DNA of 64,000 nt from Lytechinus pictus (lineage: Eukaryota), in NCBI RefSeq assembly GCF_037042905.1, contig NC_087257.1:13392001-13456000 (forward strand), in the 5' to 3' direction. Of the stretch, positions 49,161-61,000 are shown piece after piece (the stretch's first letter is position 1; each line of letters starts with the position of its first letter). The notes below the pieces were generated by a model. It made no database searches. It was not told where the DNA came from and worked only from the letters and a program-made list of their open reading frames with translations. A program made the translations under genes and the position numbers.

Positions 49161-50498
49161 TGTCACGAATTCGTAAGTTCTGACATGTTGTTGCAATGAA
49201 CTACAAGGAAGGCGTCTGTGAACTATATGCTCCCATTTATTAGATTATGTCTAATAACATTGTAGTGTTCAGTTATTCAACAACTGTGTGAGATTCCTGT
49301 AAATAAACAATAAAGGATAAACATATCTTAGTAAAGAAAGCATTTCTGTACATGTATCATCATTCTTTCCCAAAAAATTCATTAAAGACATAAGGAATAA
49401 TCAATCATGCCCTTTAACCATTTTGCTGTCAAAGGTAGAATTTAACTGAAAGTAATAAGAGAGAATTAATGAAACTTTCCTAATTCAGTCTTAATATCAT
49501 TGTTTCCCAATTCCAACAAATCTACCCTATATGATAAGATATCATAATTATCTAGCAACAAACATCTGTGAAAATATATTTGTCTTCAAAATAACAAAAG
49601 GTATAGATTTAATCATTTAAATCTCTAAAACTGTAACAGAAAATTCCTATTGTTTTGTTTCCCTTCTAAATCAATAAAATTCACTTGAAAAACAATTATC
49701 AATATTAGTGGTGATTGAATTATTATTTCACGAATTTTGTGTAAGCAATGTAATTTTAAAGACATCAGTTCTAAGTAACAAGAATTAACTGTAAGACAAC
49801 ATTAACTATCAACAAGAATTAACTGTAAGACAACATTAACTATCAATACTACTGAAAGATAAACAATAACGTCATGAAACCCTGCTATAACACGTGTAAA
49901 CTCCGGGCGGCGGATCACACCAAAATTCCTGGAAATATCAATCTGCGAGCCAACTCGCACGTAAGTTTGTGACCATACCACACCAAATGAGTAGGAAAAA
50001 TAGTGCATAACTTAACTGGCTTGTAAATATGTTAAACAACAATAAATCCTACAAACTTGGATTTAAGAAAATACTCTAAATTCGTAGAGTCATAATCATG
50101 AGTACATCTTAAGAATTGCGTGTCACAAGACAATATTTTGAAGATATCGACCGCAGAGAACTTCCGCGTGTATTCAAGATACGCAAGGTCCTTCGTTGGA
50201 AAGTGTGATGGATTTTCAAAGTATAATCTAAACCTAAATCTCTTCAACAAGGTATTTAAAAGAGGAATACAAAGATATTAATAAACAACACATTCTCATT
50301 AAATCTACAAAAGTTTTTGAGCAAATCTCAACATACCTTGCATAGCATAAGCGTGAAAACTAAGGAAATCTTGTGATCAATCGAATGAAGCAAACTGCTG
50401 TTATTTTACGAACTCGTGTTGTTCTAACTAGTCTACGTACAAGGACACGCGCAAGCGCACAATTTAAAAATACACATATACTTCAACATGTCATGACA
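49161..50498 (-). repeat. BEL 3' LTR (1338 bp)
   Basis: Direct repeat of 56126-57458. Confidence 0.95.
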
Positions 50499-50807
50499 TC
50501 CCATCCCCCCAAAGGTGACGGAATGTCACTGAATACACATACATTGTAAACATAACAATACTGAAAATATCACTGGTGGTTGTTCATATAAAAATAAACA
50601 AAACAGTTGATAGAAGTCCAGAGTTCAAGGTTCGAAATTCAACACTTAGATTTCGATGAAAAACGTCCAAAGTTTGATGTTGATGCACTCAAGTTCGAAG
50701 TTAGATATACTAAGAGTCTGGTGAAAATATCCCAAGGTGAAAATATCTCAAGGTGAAAATTTGGCAGAGTTCGGTGTCACCCAACTACTAAAGCCTAAAA
50801 CGTTAAT

Positions 50808-53800
50808 CTATGAACGTTCAGATTCCTTCATTAGCAGAACAAGCTTTGTCACAGGTCTTTTCAGTTTTGTACCGTCCGCGAATCTCACGTCCACTACTCT
50901 GACGAGGTCATCTTTTCCTGGGTAGACACACGTGACTTCCGCCATCTTCCAGGAGCCGCGCTTCAGGTTCTCACCGATGACGAGTACGATGTCCCTCTCT
51001 CCTAAGTTCTCAGCAGATTTCTGCCACTTCTGGCGTGGTGAGAGTTTGTGGATGCACTCCATCCAACGTCGCCAAAACCCATCTACCATGAAATTGCAGA
51101 TCTCCCTACGTTTCCGGTGGTTTCCTTTGTATTCTTCACACGGGACTTCGGGGCATGGTAAGTCACCTCTACCTATCAGGAAGTGGTTTGGCGTTAGTGG
51201 AGGATGATCCGGTGACGATGATTTTGCAGTTAGGGGTCGACCATTGATCAGGCTGGATATCTGGCAGAAAACAGTCTCCCACTCGACGAAAGTCAAACGA
51301 TCAGCTATCACCAGGTGTCTCATACCTTTCTTAACTTCTTGGACCAATCGTTCAACGGCCCCCTGGTGGTGAGGTCCTCCTGGAGGTCCGAATTTCCACT
51401 GAACATTGTACCGTTGGCAATGGTCCTTCAGTACTGTCTGATTCAGTTTCAAGTTCAGTTCATTGATGGTGTTATCAGCTCCTCTGAAGGCAGTGCCATT
51501 ATCGCTGACCAGCAAGGATGGCGCCCCTCTGATGCTTATGAACCGTTCTAGTGCCTGTAGGAACGCTTGTGTAGACAGGTCTTGAACACAGGTGAGGTGC
51601 ACGGCTCTGGTCACTGCACACGTGAACACAGCACAGTAGCCCTTTGTCGTGGTATTCCGGTTCAGCTTTACATTCACTGGTCCAAGGTAATCAACCAATG
51701 TAGTCTTGAATGGGGGTGAGCAAGGAGTGACTCGGAATTCTGGCAAGTCGGCCATCTTCTGTTGAATTGGCTTGCCTCTGTGTCTCCTGCATACGACACA
51801 GTCGTACACCACGCGTTTGGATATGTTCACGTCTCCGACAATCCAGTAATGCTTCCTAACTTCTGTTGCCGTTCTCAAGTGACCCCCGTGAAGGGCATGT
51901 GCATGTCTATCTCTCACGATCAGCAGACTGATGTGGCTCTTCTTAGGGAGAAGATAAGGATGTCGCACATCATATGACAATGGAGCCCTGTCAATTCGTC
52001 CGCCAACACGGAAGACTTGGTCTTCTTCATCGAAGAATGGGTCCAGTTTCATGATGTTAGGATCCTGGAAGTCAACATCTCGCTGTGCTTGTCTTATCCA
52101 GTATAATTCAGCCTCCTTGACAAGTTTTGGAGAAGGGTACATAGAGATCTGTTTTGCGAGCTGCTTCAGCCATTGGTTCTTGGGCAGTTTTTTCACGGAG
52201 AGAACTCTAGCGGTCACCATCTTTAACCTGCACCAGCTGGAGAACTTGGTTGAGTCAACTATCGGAGAAGGCTTAGAGACGACGTTGATTCTGAGAGCCA
52301 GTGTCTTGGCATTCCGGACATGGAATTTTTTCTGTTCTTCGTCTCCAAGGCTCACAGGAACATTTTCTGGTGTCTTTGGCCAAAACGTAGGTGATTGCTT
52401 CAAGTACAGTGGTCCCTCAATGACTTGTCTCATTTCATTGGCAGTTCCTCCTCTGGAAACCAGATCGATAACATTCTGATCTGATGGTACATATGCAATG
52501 TCCTTGATGGGGTCGAACTCTGTTGTGATCTCGCCAACACGATATGCGACGTAGGACCGGAAGGACTTGGATTGACCTCTTACCCAGCTAATGGCAGTCA
52601 TGCTGTCTGTCCAGATCTTGGAATAGGCGATGTTGAGCCGCAAGGCTTTCTTCACAGTAAGCATGAGCCTCGACAACAGAAGGATCGCCTAAAGTTCCTT
52701 TCGAGGAATGCTAGACTGCTTCAGTGGAGTGAGTTTGGCTTTTGCACATACAAATGATAGATGTGCTTCAGTGTCCTCAGGGTGAGACCATCGTAGCCAA
52801 ACACCAATACCCATGGCATCTTCTGAAGCATCGCTTGCTCCGTGCAGGGACACTTCTGGTAAAGGCCTTATCCCCTTGAAAGGCTCTGGGATCAAGCACC
52901 TTGGAATCTCAATGCTAGCTACCTCCTCAAAGTCTCTATTGATGTCTCGTAGAATGGCACAAAGCTCACCCTTGTCGTTGAGAGGGGTAACCCAGTCTAG
53001 GTTTAGCTGCCATAGCTTTTGCAGGAGAATCTTCGGTCTAACGAGGAGCCCAGATAACATGCCAAACACATCGTAATACGAAGCAGTTTGGGCCAGGATA
53101 TTGCACTTGGTAGGAACAAGTAGAGTCGACTTCACCTCCTTTACCCTCAACGTGTCTTTTGAGAGGTTCCATTTAGTGCCCAGGGCAGTGGCATCTGTGC
53201 TGTCTTCTGTTTCGTCGCAGGCTTCTGTCGCATTCGATTGCCATTTTCTGATGGTGAAGTTGCCTTTCTGAAGAGTCTTGCTAAGCTTAGATTTGAGCTC
53301 TAGAGCCTCTGGGACATTAGTGCCAGATTCATTGAGGTCATCAACGTAGAACTGCCTGGCAACCACTTCCTTGAGTTTGTCGTCTTCCGGTGCATGTTCA
53401 TCTACCACATGTCTAAGGGTGACTATAGTGGCAGTTGGTGAGGGCTTGTCCCCAAAGGTGACAGTTGTCAGTTCGTAGACTTGAATTGGGTGGCTAGAAT
53501 TCTCTCGAAACACAAACCTGTGGAATCGAGCATCATCAGATTTGATTTTTATGGCTTGAAACATCTTGCTGACGTCTGCAATGATGCCCACCTCGTTCTC
53601 TCTGAACCTCAGGGCAACTTCAAAGAGATCAGAGTTGATATTCTCACCTTTCATGAGGTAGTCATTCAATGAGTGGCCCTGGAACCTGGCCTTCGCGTCA
53701 TATACCACTCTGACAGGAGTTGTCTTCGAGTCCTTGGTGACAGCGAAATGTGGCAGGAACCACATCTTTTTTCCAGTGCTTCTGTCTCGCTGTAGCTCCT

Positions 53801-56075
53801 CTTCTGAGACATGGCGCGAAACACCCCTCTTTAACTGGTCTCTCATCTGTCTACAGTAGATGTCCCAATCTTCATGCCTGTTTTTGAACTGATTCTCAAG
53901 GCTTCTCAACCTTTTGACAGCATAGTTGTAGTTGTCCGGCAGGTCATCGGGTGACTTCCTCCATGGCAGTCTGACTTCGTACGATCCATCAGAAAGCTGA
54001 GTTACGCTCCGTTGCATTGCCTCAGTTGCTTCTTTGTCCAATACATCTGAGGAGCACTTACACTTCTTGGGCTCCAGACCCACAGTCTCCAGACCTATGA
54101 ACTCTTCCAATGGTCCAATGGCTGACACATTGATGTAGTTCAGCAGTGAAGTTGAACTTGTAGACCGTCCTCCTTGAACAAACCAGCCAAAGGGGCATCT
54201 TACAGCGACAGGATCATCAAACTTTTCGCCAAGGATGTATTCTTCCCAGATCATCAAGTGTGTGTTGTCCACACCAAGGAGTCCGTCGATGGTTTCGGAT
54301 GGGGCAGCATGGATATCAATGGCGCTCAGATGCTCATACTGCCGAAGCTGTTCTGGTAGTACAATAGGAGTATCACCGCAGGGTTGATTTATCTCTGTCA
54401 TGGTTAAAGGACATGACCAATTCCCTGCAATATCTTCAATGTAGCAGTCGAACAGTCTCAATTTCCTTGTTATCTTGCTGCCACCAACAAGACTCAGATC
54501 ATGGTCCTGGAAAAGGCCTCTCTCTGTCCTTGGAAGAATCCCTTCCCTTAACAGTGTAGCTTGGCTGCCACCATCCAACAGGATGCGCACCAGGTGCCGG
54601 ACATCGCCACATCGTAGATAACCAACAACAGTAGGTAAAGTGCTTTGAAGCTTCCCTGTCTCGTTGGTGTGGGCTGTTGTCACGTTGATTGAGGTTGAAC
54701 GTGGAGATTCCATAGTGTTGCGTGTTTGGTTTGCAGGACCTTGACCACTCTCTCCGTATATGACAGGGCAGACAGCTGCGAAGTGTGAGTCACTGCCACA
54801 CGTTTGGACTCTGCATGGAGCAACAAACTGACAAGAGTTTTGGTCATGTGGAGGCTTGCCAGCAACACAGTTGTTATGCCCACATCGGTAACAGATACCA
54901 TTCTTTCTCATTACTTTATATTTCTCATTCTGTGGCAGGCTCTTGAACTTGTTGCAGGTCTTCAAGTAGTGCGAGTCTGCATTGGGGTGGATGGCACACT
55001 TGGCGACCCCGGAGTGTCTGGCCTTGCTTGGTTGGCTCTGGTTATCAGAAGTATATGAAGCAGCGCTTGTAGACTTATACACCTTATGTTGTCTTTGTGG
55101 AGGGCCAGGCGAATTGTCCCCACTGTTAGGCTTCGCCTTCTCGAGCAGCAAAAGTTGGCTGTATAACCACTTGACCAGACCGGTGAGGGAATCATCAATC
55201 CTGTCATCTCTAACACCTTTATAATATGCGATGCGGTGTTCCTCTGGGAGCTTCTGCTTAATCTGACTCAACATGATCTTACTGTTAAGCTCTCCAGATA
55301 GGCCAATGGTCTCAGCTTGGGTTTCGAAGTTTTGAAGAGTCTGGACAAAATGACCCATGGCGGGGAGGTTTGTTTTGCCTTTGATCTCGTATGTCCTCAG
55401 GTTCTCTAGATCTTTTAGTAGGCTGTCTACTACTTTGTCCTGATCGCCGTAACACTCATCAAGTACCTGCCAGGCTCGTTCAACACTAATGCACCCTTTG
55501 ATTTTGTCGCGTTCTTTGACATTAATCATTGATTCGGTCAGTTGATGGAAGCATTCCATCTCTGTTAACTCTGTTGCACAGTGGGTGAACAATTCTTTGA
55601 AACGCTTGTAGTCTCGAAGGTTCCCATTGAAAGTTGGGAATCTCATTCTTGCCATTCTTGGAGCAGCCGACGTAGCGGTGTGGGGCATAGGAGATGGCGC
55701 ATATGAAGCTGGACTGGATCTTGGATGTGGAATTGTAGGTGAAGAGGGGAGAAACTGTTGATTGTCCAGGGGAGATTGAGACTGACGGTCGACGACCCTC
55801 CTTCCCCGTATTAACACCTGGACGTACTCATTTTCACATTCTCCCATCCATTTCTCCTCCACCTCATACTCTCTCTGATCTTCGATGATATCCATCAGCG
55901 CCGAATGTTTCTCTTCCACTTTCTCAAATTGTTGCTCAGCTTTAGTGATGTATTTCTTTAACATGTCTAGATCACCAACGGCATCTGTTGTAAGGCTGTC
56001 AATTGTCGATAATGTTTGCGTCAACTGACCCTTGATGTTTCGTCTTGATAGCTTCAACTTGTTGACGTCAGCCAT
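50808..56075 (-). pseudogene. BEL/Pao gag-pol polyprotein with one in-frame stop
   Basis: FPTFNG; CYRCG..; LLDGGSQ; LPHFAV..KTTPVRVVYDA; YVDD; SDASEDA; SIPRKEL*A (TAG at 52689-52691, same frame continues); SDNGT; LTPNHFLIG; RPVTKL. Confidence 0.93.
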
Positions 56076-56125
56076 GATGTAAGTTGAAGCAGGTTGATAT
56101 ACACTATTATAATAGTTGTTGAAGA

Positions 56126-57458
56126 TGTCACGAATTCGTAAGTTCTGACACGTTGTTGCAATGAACTACAAGGAAGGCGTCTGTGAACTATATGCTCCCA
56201 TTTATTAGATTATGTCTAATAACATTGTAGAGTTCAGTTATTCAACAACTGATTCCTGTAAATAAACAATAAAGGATAAACATATCTTAGTAAAGAAAGC
56301 ATTTCTGTACATGTATCATCATTCTTTCCCAAAAAATTCATTAAAGACATAAGGAATAATCAATCATGCCCTTTAACCATTTTGCTGTCAAAGGTAGAAT
56401 TTAATTGAAAGTAATAAGAGAGAATTAATGAAACTTTCCTAATTCAGTCTTAATATCATTGTTTCCCAATTCCAACAAATCTACCCTATATGATAAGATA
56501 TCATAATTATCTAGCAACAAACATCTGTGAAAATATATTTGTCTTCAAAATAACAAAAGGTATAGATTTAATCATTTAAATCTCTAAAACTGTAACAGAA
56601 AATTCCTATTGTTTTGTTTCCCTTCTGAATCAATAAAATTCACTTGAAAAACAATTATCAATATTAGTGGTGATTGAATTATTATTTCACGAATTTTGTG
56701 TAAGCAATGTAATTTTAAAGACATCACTTCTAAGTAACAAGAATTAACTGTAAGACAACATTAACTATCAACAAGAATTAACTGTAAGACAACATTAACT
56801 ATCAATACTACTGAAAGATAAACAATAACGTCATGAAACCCTGCTATAACACGTGTAAACTCCGGGCGGCGGATCACACCGAAATTCCTGGAAATATCAA
56901 TCCGCGAGCCAACTCGCACGTAAGTTTGTGGCCATACCACACCAAATGAGTAGGAAAAATAGTGCATAACTAAACTGGCTTGTAAATATGTTAAACAACA
57001 ATAAATCCTACAAACTTGGATTTAAGAAAATACTCTAAATTCGTAGAGTCATAATCATGAGTACATCTTAAGAATTGCGTGTCACAAGACAATATTTTGA
57101 AGATATCGACCGCAGAGAACTTCCGCGTGTATTCAAGATACGCAAGGTCCTTCGTTGGAAAGTGTGATGGATTTTCAAAGTATAATCTAAACCTAAATCT
57201 CTTCAACAAGGTATTTAAAAGAGGAATACAAAGATATTAATAAACTACACATTCTCATTAAATCTACAAAAGTTTTTGAGCAAATCTCAACATACCTTGC
57301 ATAGCATAAAGCGTGAAAACTATGGAAATCTTGTGATCAATCGAATGAAGCAAACTGCTGTGATTTTACGAACTCGTGTTGTTCTAACTAGTCTACGTAC
57401 AAGGACACGCGCAAGCGCACAATTTAAAAATACACATATACTTCAACATGTCATGACA
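56126..57458 (-). repeat. BEL 5' LTR (1333 bp)
   Basis: Direct repeat of 49161-50498. Confidence 0.95.
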
Positions 57459-57479
57459 TGTATACTATTCTTCCTGAGG

Positions 57480-57720
57480 GCCTAGCTGCAATCATATCAT
57501 ACCCCAGCTGTAGCCAAGCTACAATGATAAGGCGCTCCAAGCATTCAAGGAATTTTTTCCTACCGGGAACCCACTTATTACTGCACCTGGGTGGAGAGTG
57601 AGAAATGTAGATTAATTCCTCGCCAAAGGGCATACATGTAAGTGCTGCAGCGGGAATTAAACCTTGAACCATGTGAGACATAGTCCATGAATCTTTGGGC
57701 CAGAAGTACCTCGTGAAAAG
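57480..57720 (-). mobile_element. Degenerate tRNA-derived SINE
   Basis: Minus strand shows a B-box-like GGTTTAATTCCC, a CTCTCCACCCAGGTG...GGGTTCCCGG core-like segment and an AATTCCTTGAATGCTTG motif. Confidence 0.55.
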
Positions 57721-57844
57721 ATATACACTGCATGATATGAACAGGGCAATGGGAAGTATACATGTATGCACACTATACACACAATGATGGATACCACACA
57801 AAAGGATGCAAATAAAATCGAAGTTTCAATACAGAATAGTATAC

Positions 57845-57969
57845 CTTTTTTAGGCAGGATTATTATTTCAAATCCTTCCTTGTCCCGCTCGCGAAATTAC
57901 TTTTCCCACTGAGTTCTGGACCAACATATGAATATTCATGACTTGCGTCTTCGGATTAAGAGTACGCAT
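57845..57969 (-). CDS. Probable exon 1 of the SET-YR gene (MRTLNPKTQ.../...ERDKEGFEIIILPKKG), frameshifted
   Basis: Ends AAAAAAG|gtat; G+GC gives KKGRAVIT, the SET N-terminal strand. An in-frame TAA lies just upstream of FRERDK, so the start codon is uncertain. Confidence 0.6.
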
Positions 57970-60130
57970 GCGCGTGGACTTCGCCTCGACCAGTGCCGGT
58001 AGGTCGTAAGCATTCACGTTCAGTTGCTCAGAATGAATTAGCATCGTCAAATTACCGGTACCTTTACATAGTTACATAGGCCTTACAGGCTTAGATCTAT
58101 ACATATATATATATATATATATCCAATTCTTAAACACTTATTAAACTAGCTGCCATTAATGGCAATTAGACATGTGCTAGGCTAGCAGTCAGACCGCAGC
58201 TCGCGCGATAATGAGCATATTCACGGAAATTTATTCAGCGGCCCTCTAGCGGTCTCCGAAGGAAAACGTGCGATCAATTTGGCTTGATTTTCCCACTGAA
58301 TTGGAGGGGCTGAAGTTATAGCTCTGTACTGGTCGCTAACTTCAGTTTACGTCGAAACGAATTGTGGTAAGTTATTCTCAAGACCTTCATCTACAGTTTG
58401 GTATATAATTTTCCATATTTCGACATTTTCAACCTACCATTTTTACCTCTTTAATTGATGCTTATTTTAGTAATATTTTAACTGTGATTTTGTAGTCGGA
58501 ATTTCACTTTTGGTTCCTGACTTTGCTACATAACCAAATTGTTTCGATCAGGATTTTTTAGAAAGAAGAAAAGTCACTGTTCAAAATATGTCAGAACCAA
58601 CTTGACGCAAACTCACCTTATATTTTTATTTTAGAGAAAATGATACCCTAAAAATCGAGAAATTTACGTTTTACCCGGAAGTAACCTTCTCGTTCACTCC
58701 ACGATGGCGCGAAATAACGCCAAAATTACGTTCGTCGCGGGTTGGTAGAATTTCGCCTTTGGTCCCATACGTTGAAACTTCTGTAATGATGGCAGATGGC
58801 TCGCATTATATGTGTCTGTGGACGGTGGACTTGTTTTTTTTAAATTAAGACTTAATATAAACGAAGCTTAATAAGTAGATCCCTTCTAAAGTTTTATTCA
58901 ATGATTATCAGGTTTCCGAATTCCATCAAGTTTTTATTATAGATTGAGATATTTCTTGATTTATGTTGAAAATTGTTAACCTTTTTTCTTAATTAGTCGA
59001 AGTTGAGCCCCATGATGATTTTTGCCCCAGCCCAGCCCAGGCTGCGGTTAAGAATTAAATGATGATTAGCTCAGACAGTCTACTCTAGAGACTATAAACA
59101 GTTTAAAGTCAAACTAAAAAGTCTGGTACTACCGTATTTATAAACCATTTTGTTCAAATAAAAAAATTGTGGCTGTCACAGACAGTACTTAGACTTAACT
59201 TTAATAGTTAGTCTCTTAATTGACGTACATGTAACATAATTCATACTTTGAATGGTTATTTAGTAATTTAGACTATTTCTCTCTTTTTTTGTCTCTTCTA
59301 CACACAGATCTGCATACTTGCTGACTCTGGTCTCTGCTTGCTACTTCATTCTGGGAGAGTCCATCATGTACTATAATGGTCAGACTATGATTTCGACAAA
59401 GCCCTTATTTCGTTTGCAAATTTTGGACTGATACAACAGAAAATTTATCTTTATCGATATTGGAAACAAAAAAATTAGAGCACAGTTTTGGGGAGGACTA
59501 AGAATACTGACTTGGACAGGAATACAGCTTGACAAAAATAAAAATTCACAATTCAAAACCAAAGAACATTTTTAATGTTACTATATAGTGCATTGCAAGA
59601 AACTTTTTACTCAATCACACATTCCAAAATTAAGGGTAAGTCCTTTGATCAAACACAAACATGTAGTTGATTTGCAATTGAAATTGAACATAAGTTTCTT
59701 GCAATGCCCCATAATCATATTTTGTTCTCAAGCAACTCTGTTATATGTTATCTAATGTGCTGAAGGTTAAGTGCCATGTATGTTCACAATTTTTTTTTTC
59801 GAAGGTATAATATATTTGTCCTTTTAAACGGTATTTGAATGTGGTTACGCCTTGTTTTTGTTTTCCACAGTAATTATTGCATATATGAACAGAAGTGAAA
59901 TATTTGTTGTGAAGCACTGTATGAATGTTGTGTGATCATGGAGCTATGGTGTGATGGTATTATAATTAATTCATCATTTTTGTTATAAGACTGTAAACCT
60001 GGTGGATGTGAGGGAGTGGCCTGGATGAAAGGAAAGTGAGCATGTGTCCAATTACGGATTTGCATATGTTTAGACAATTTTGTTCGTGGATAAATATTAA
60101 TGTGCATTCCCTATTCCAAGCAAAGAGTAA

Positions 60131-60665
60131 AGGAGAAGTCCACCCCACCAAAAAATTAATTTGAATTTAAAGAAAAATAAAGTATTGCAGAAAATTTCAT
60201 AAAAACTATGATTCAAAATTAAAAAAATTACTATTTTGACATTGAGAAATTTGCCTAATTTTATAAAACAATTATATGCTCATCTTGGTCAATGTGCAAA
60301 TTACAGAACCGATTATGTCACAAGCACTCTAAATTCTTGTGTATTTTTTTGTTTGATACATGTACATGACATGTATATTTTATTTTAATTTTCATTAACA
60401 AATTTTGAGAGGGATTTTAATTCCTCCATTAACATTCGTAGTTTCCATAAATGTAACCTATTGTGATTCGAGGAAGATTTTTTAGATCAAATTTGCTAAA
60501 ATTTATGTAATAAAAATGCAACAAAAATTTAAAAAGTAATGTGATGTAAGTGACATAATCAACTCTATTTGCATACCATTGTTTTGTGTATATAACTGTT
60601 TTGTGTTAAAAAAGGGAAATTTCTGGATTTATTCAAATAATTTTTTGTTGATGTGCACTTGACCT
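60131..60665. mobile_element. Degenerate Kolobok-like MITE
   Basis: GTAA|AGGAGAAGTCCAC ... GTGCACTTGACCT|TTAA. Confidence 0.55.
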
Positions 60666-60933
60666 TTAACTCACTTCCCTTCCCACCCCTGCCCAAATAA
60701 GTGTAATCAAGAACTTGAAAATCAAAAGCAGTGATTAAGAAGAAGAAAGAATTAATCATAGAGCTATTAATAGCTCCATGATTTAATAAATACAGGCCTA
60801 AATAGAACTTCACATGAAAGTAAAAAGAGAATAAAGCTGGGGAGGAACGATGAAGGAATATGATTTAAAGAAAAAGCATAAACATATACCCATCACCCCC
60901 CCCCCCCAAAAAAAAAAAAAAAAAAAAAAAAAA

Positions 60934-61000
60934 CAGTCCGGCGGGTTCGAACCAGGGTCCTTGCACACGCCAAAACAATGCACTTACGCAATTCGCCATC
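60934..61000 (-). other. tRNA-derived fragment with Pol III A and B boxes followed by a T-run
   Basis: TGGCGAATTGCG (A-box-like), GGTTCGAACCC (B box), then ~26 T; no convincing cloverleaf. Confidence 0.45.

Larger units (their letters stand above)
49161..57458 (-). mobile_element. Full-length BEL/Pao LTR retrotransposon in intron 1 of the SET-YR gene
   Basis: LTRs 49161-50498 and 56126-57458 (TGTCA...TGACA; about 12 substitutions and 2 indels by eye); TSD TGTAT; PPT GGGGGGATGGGA; single gag-pol frame. Confidence 0.96.
21945..57969 (-). pseudogene. Spliced gene fusing a SET domain (PR-Set7/SETD8-like), zinc fingers and a tyrosine-recombinase-like domain; disrupted
   Basis: Exons ~57969-57845, 48922-48751, 46494-46230, 44264-44213, 26344-23750 and 22007-21945. 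All junctions are GT-AG with matching phases (1,2,0,1,1). SET motifs KGRAV, CVDAT, RLVNHS and EILYDYG; YR-like motifs LFNARRGGE, THNRH and MGHS...TYQ. Confidence 0.82.

Noticed and set aside
49802-50250. Small ORFs duplicated at 56761-57209
   Set aside because: They lie within the BEL LTRs and have no recognisable domain.
16647-52691. Both LTR elements have a stop in the same RNase H helix (possible programmed readthrough)
   Set aside because: Each is a single-base change from a plausible sense codon (GAA to TAA, CAG to TAG) in unrelated families; coincidence is the simplest explanation.
60934-61000. Functional tRNA gene
   Set aside because: A and B boxes are present but acceptor and anticodon stems are not convincing; treated as a derived fragment.
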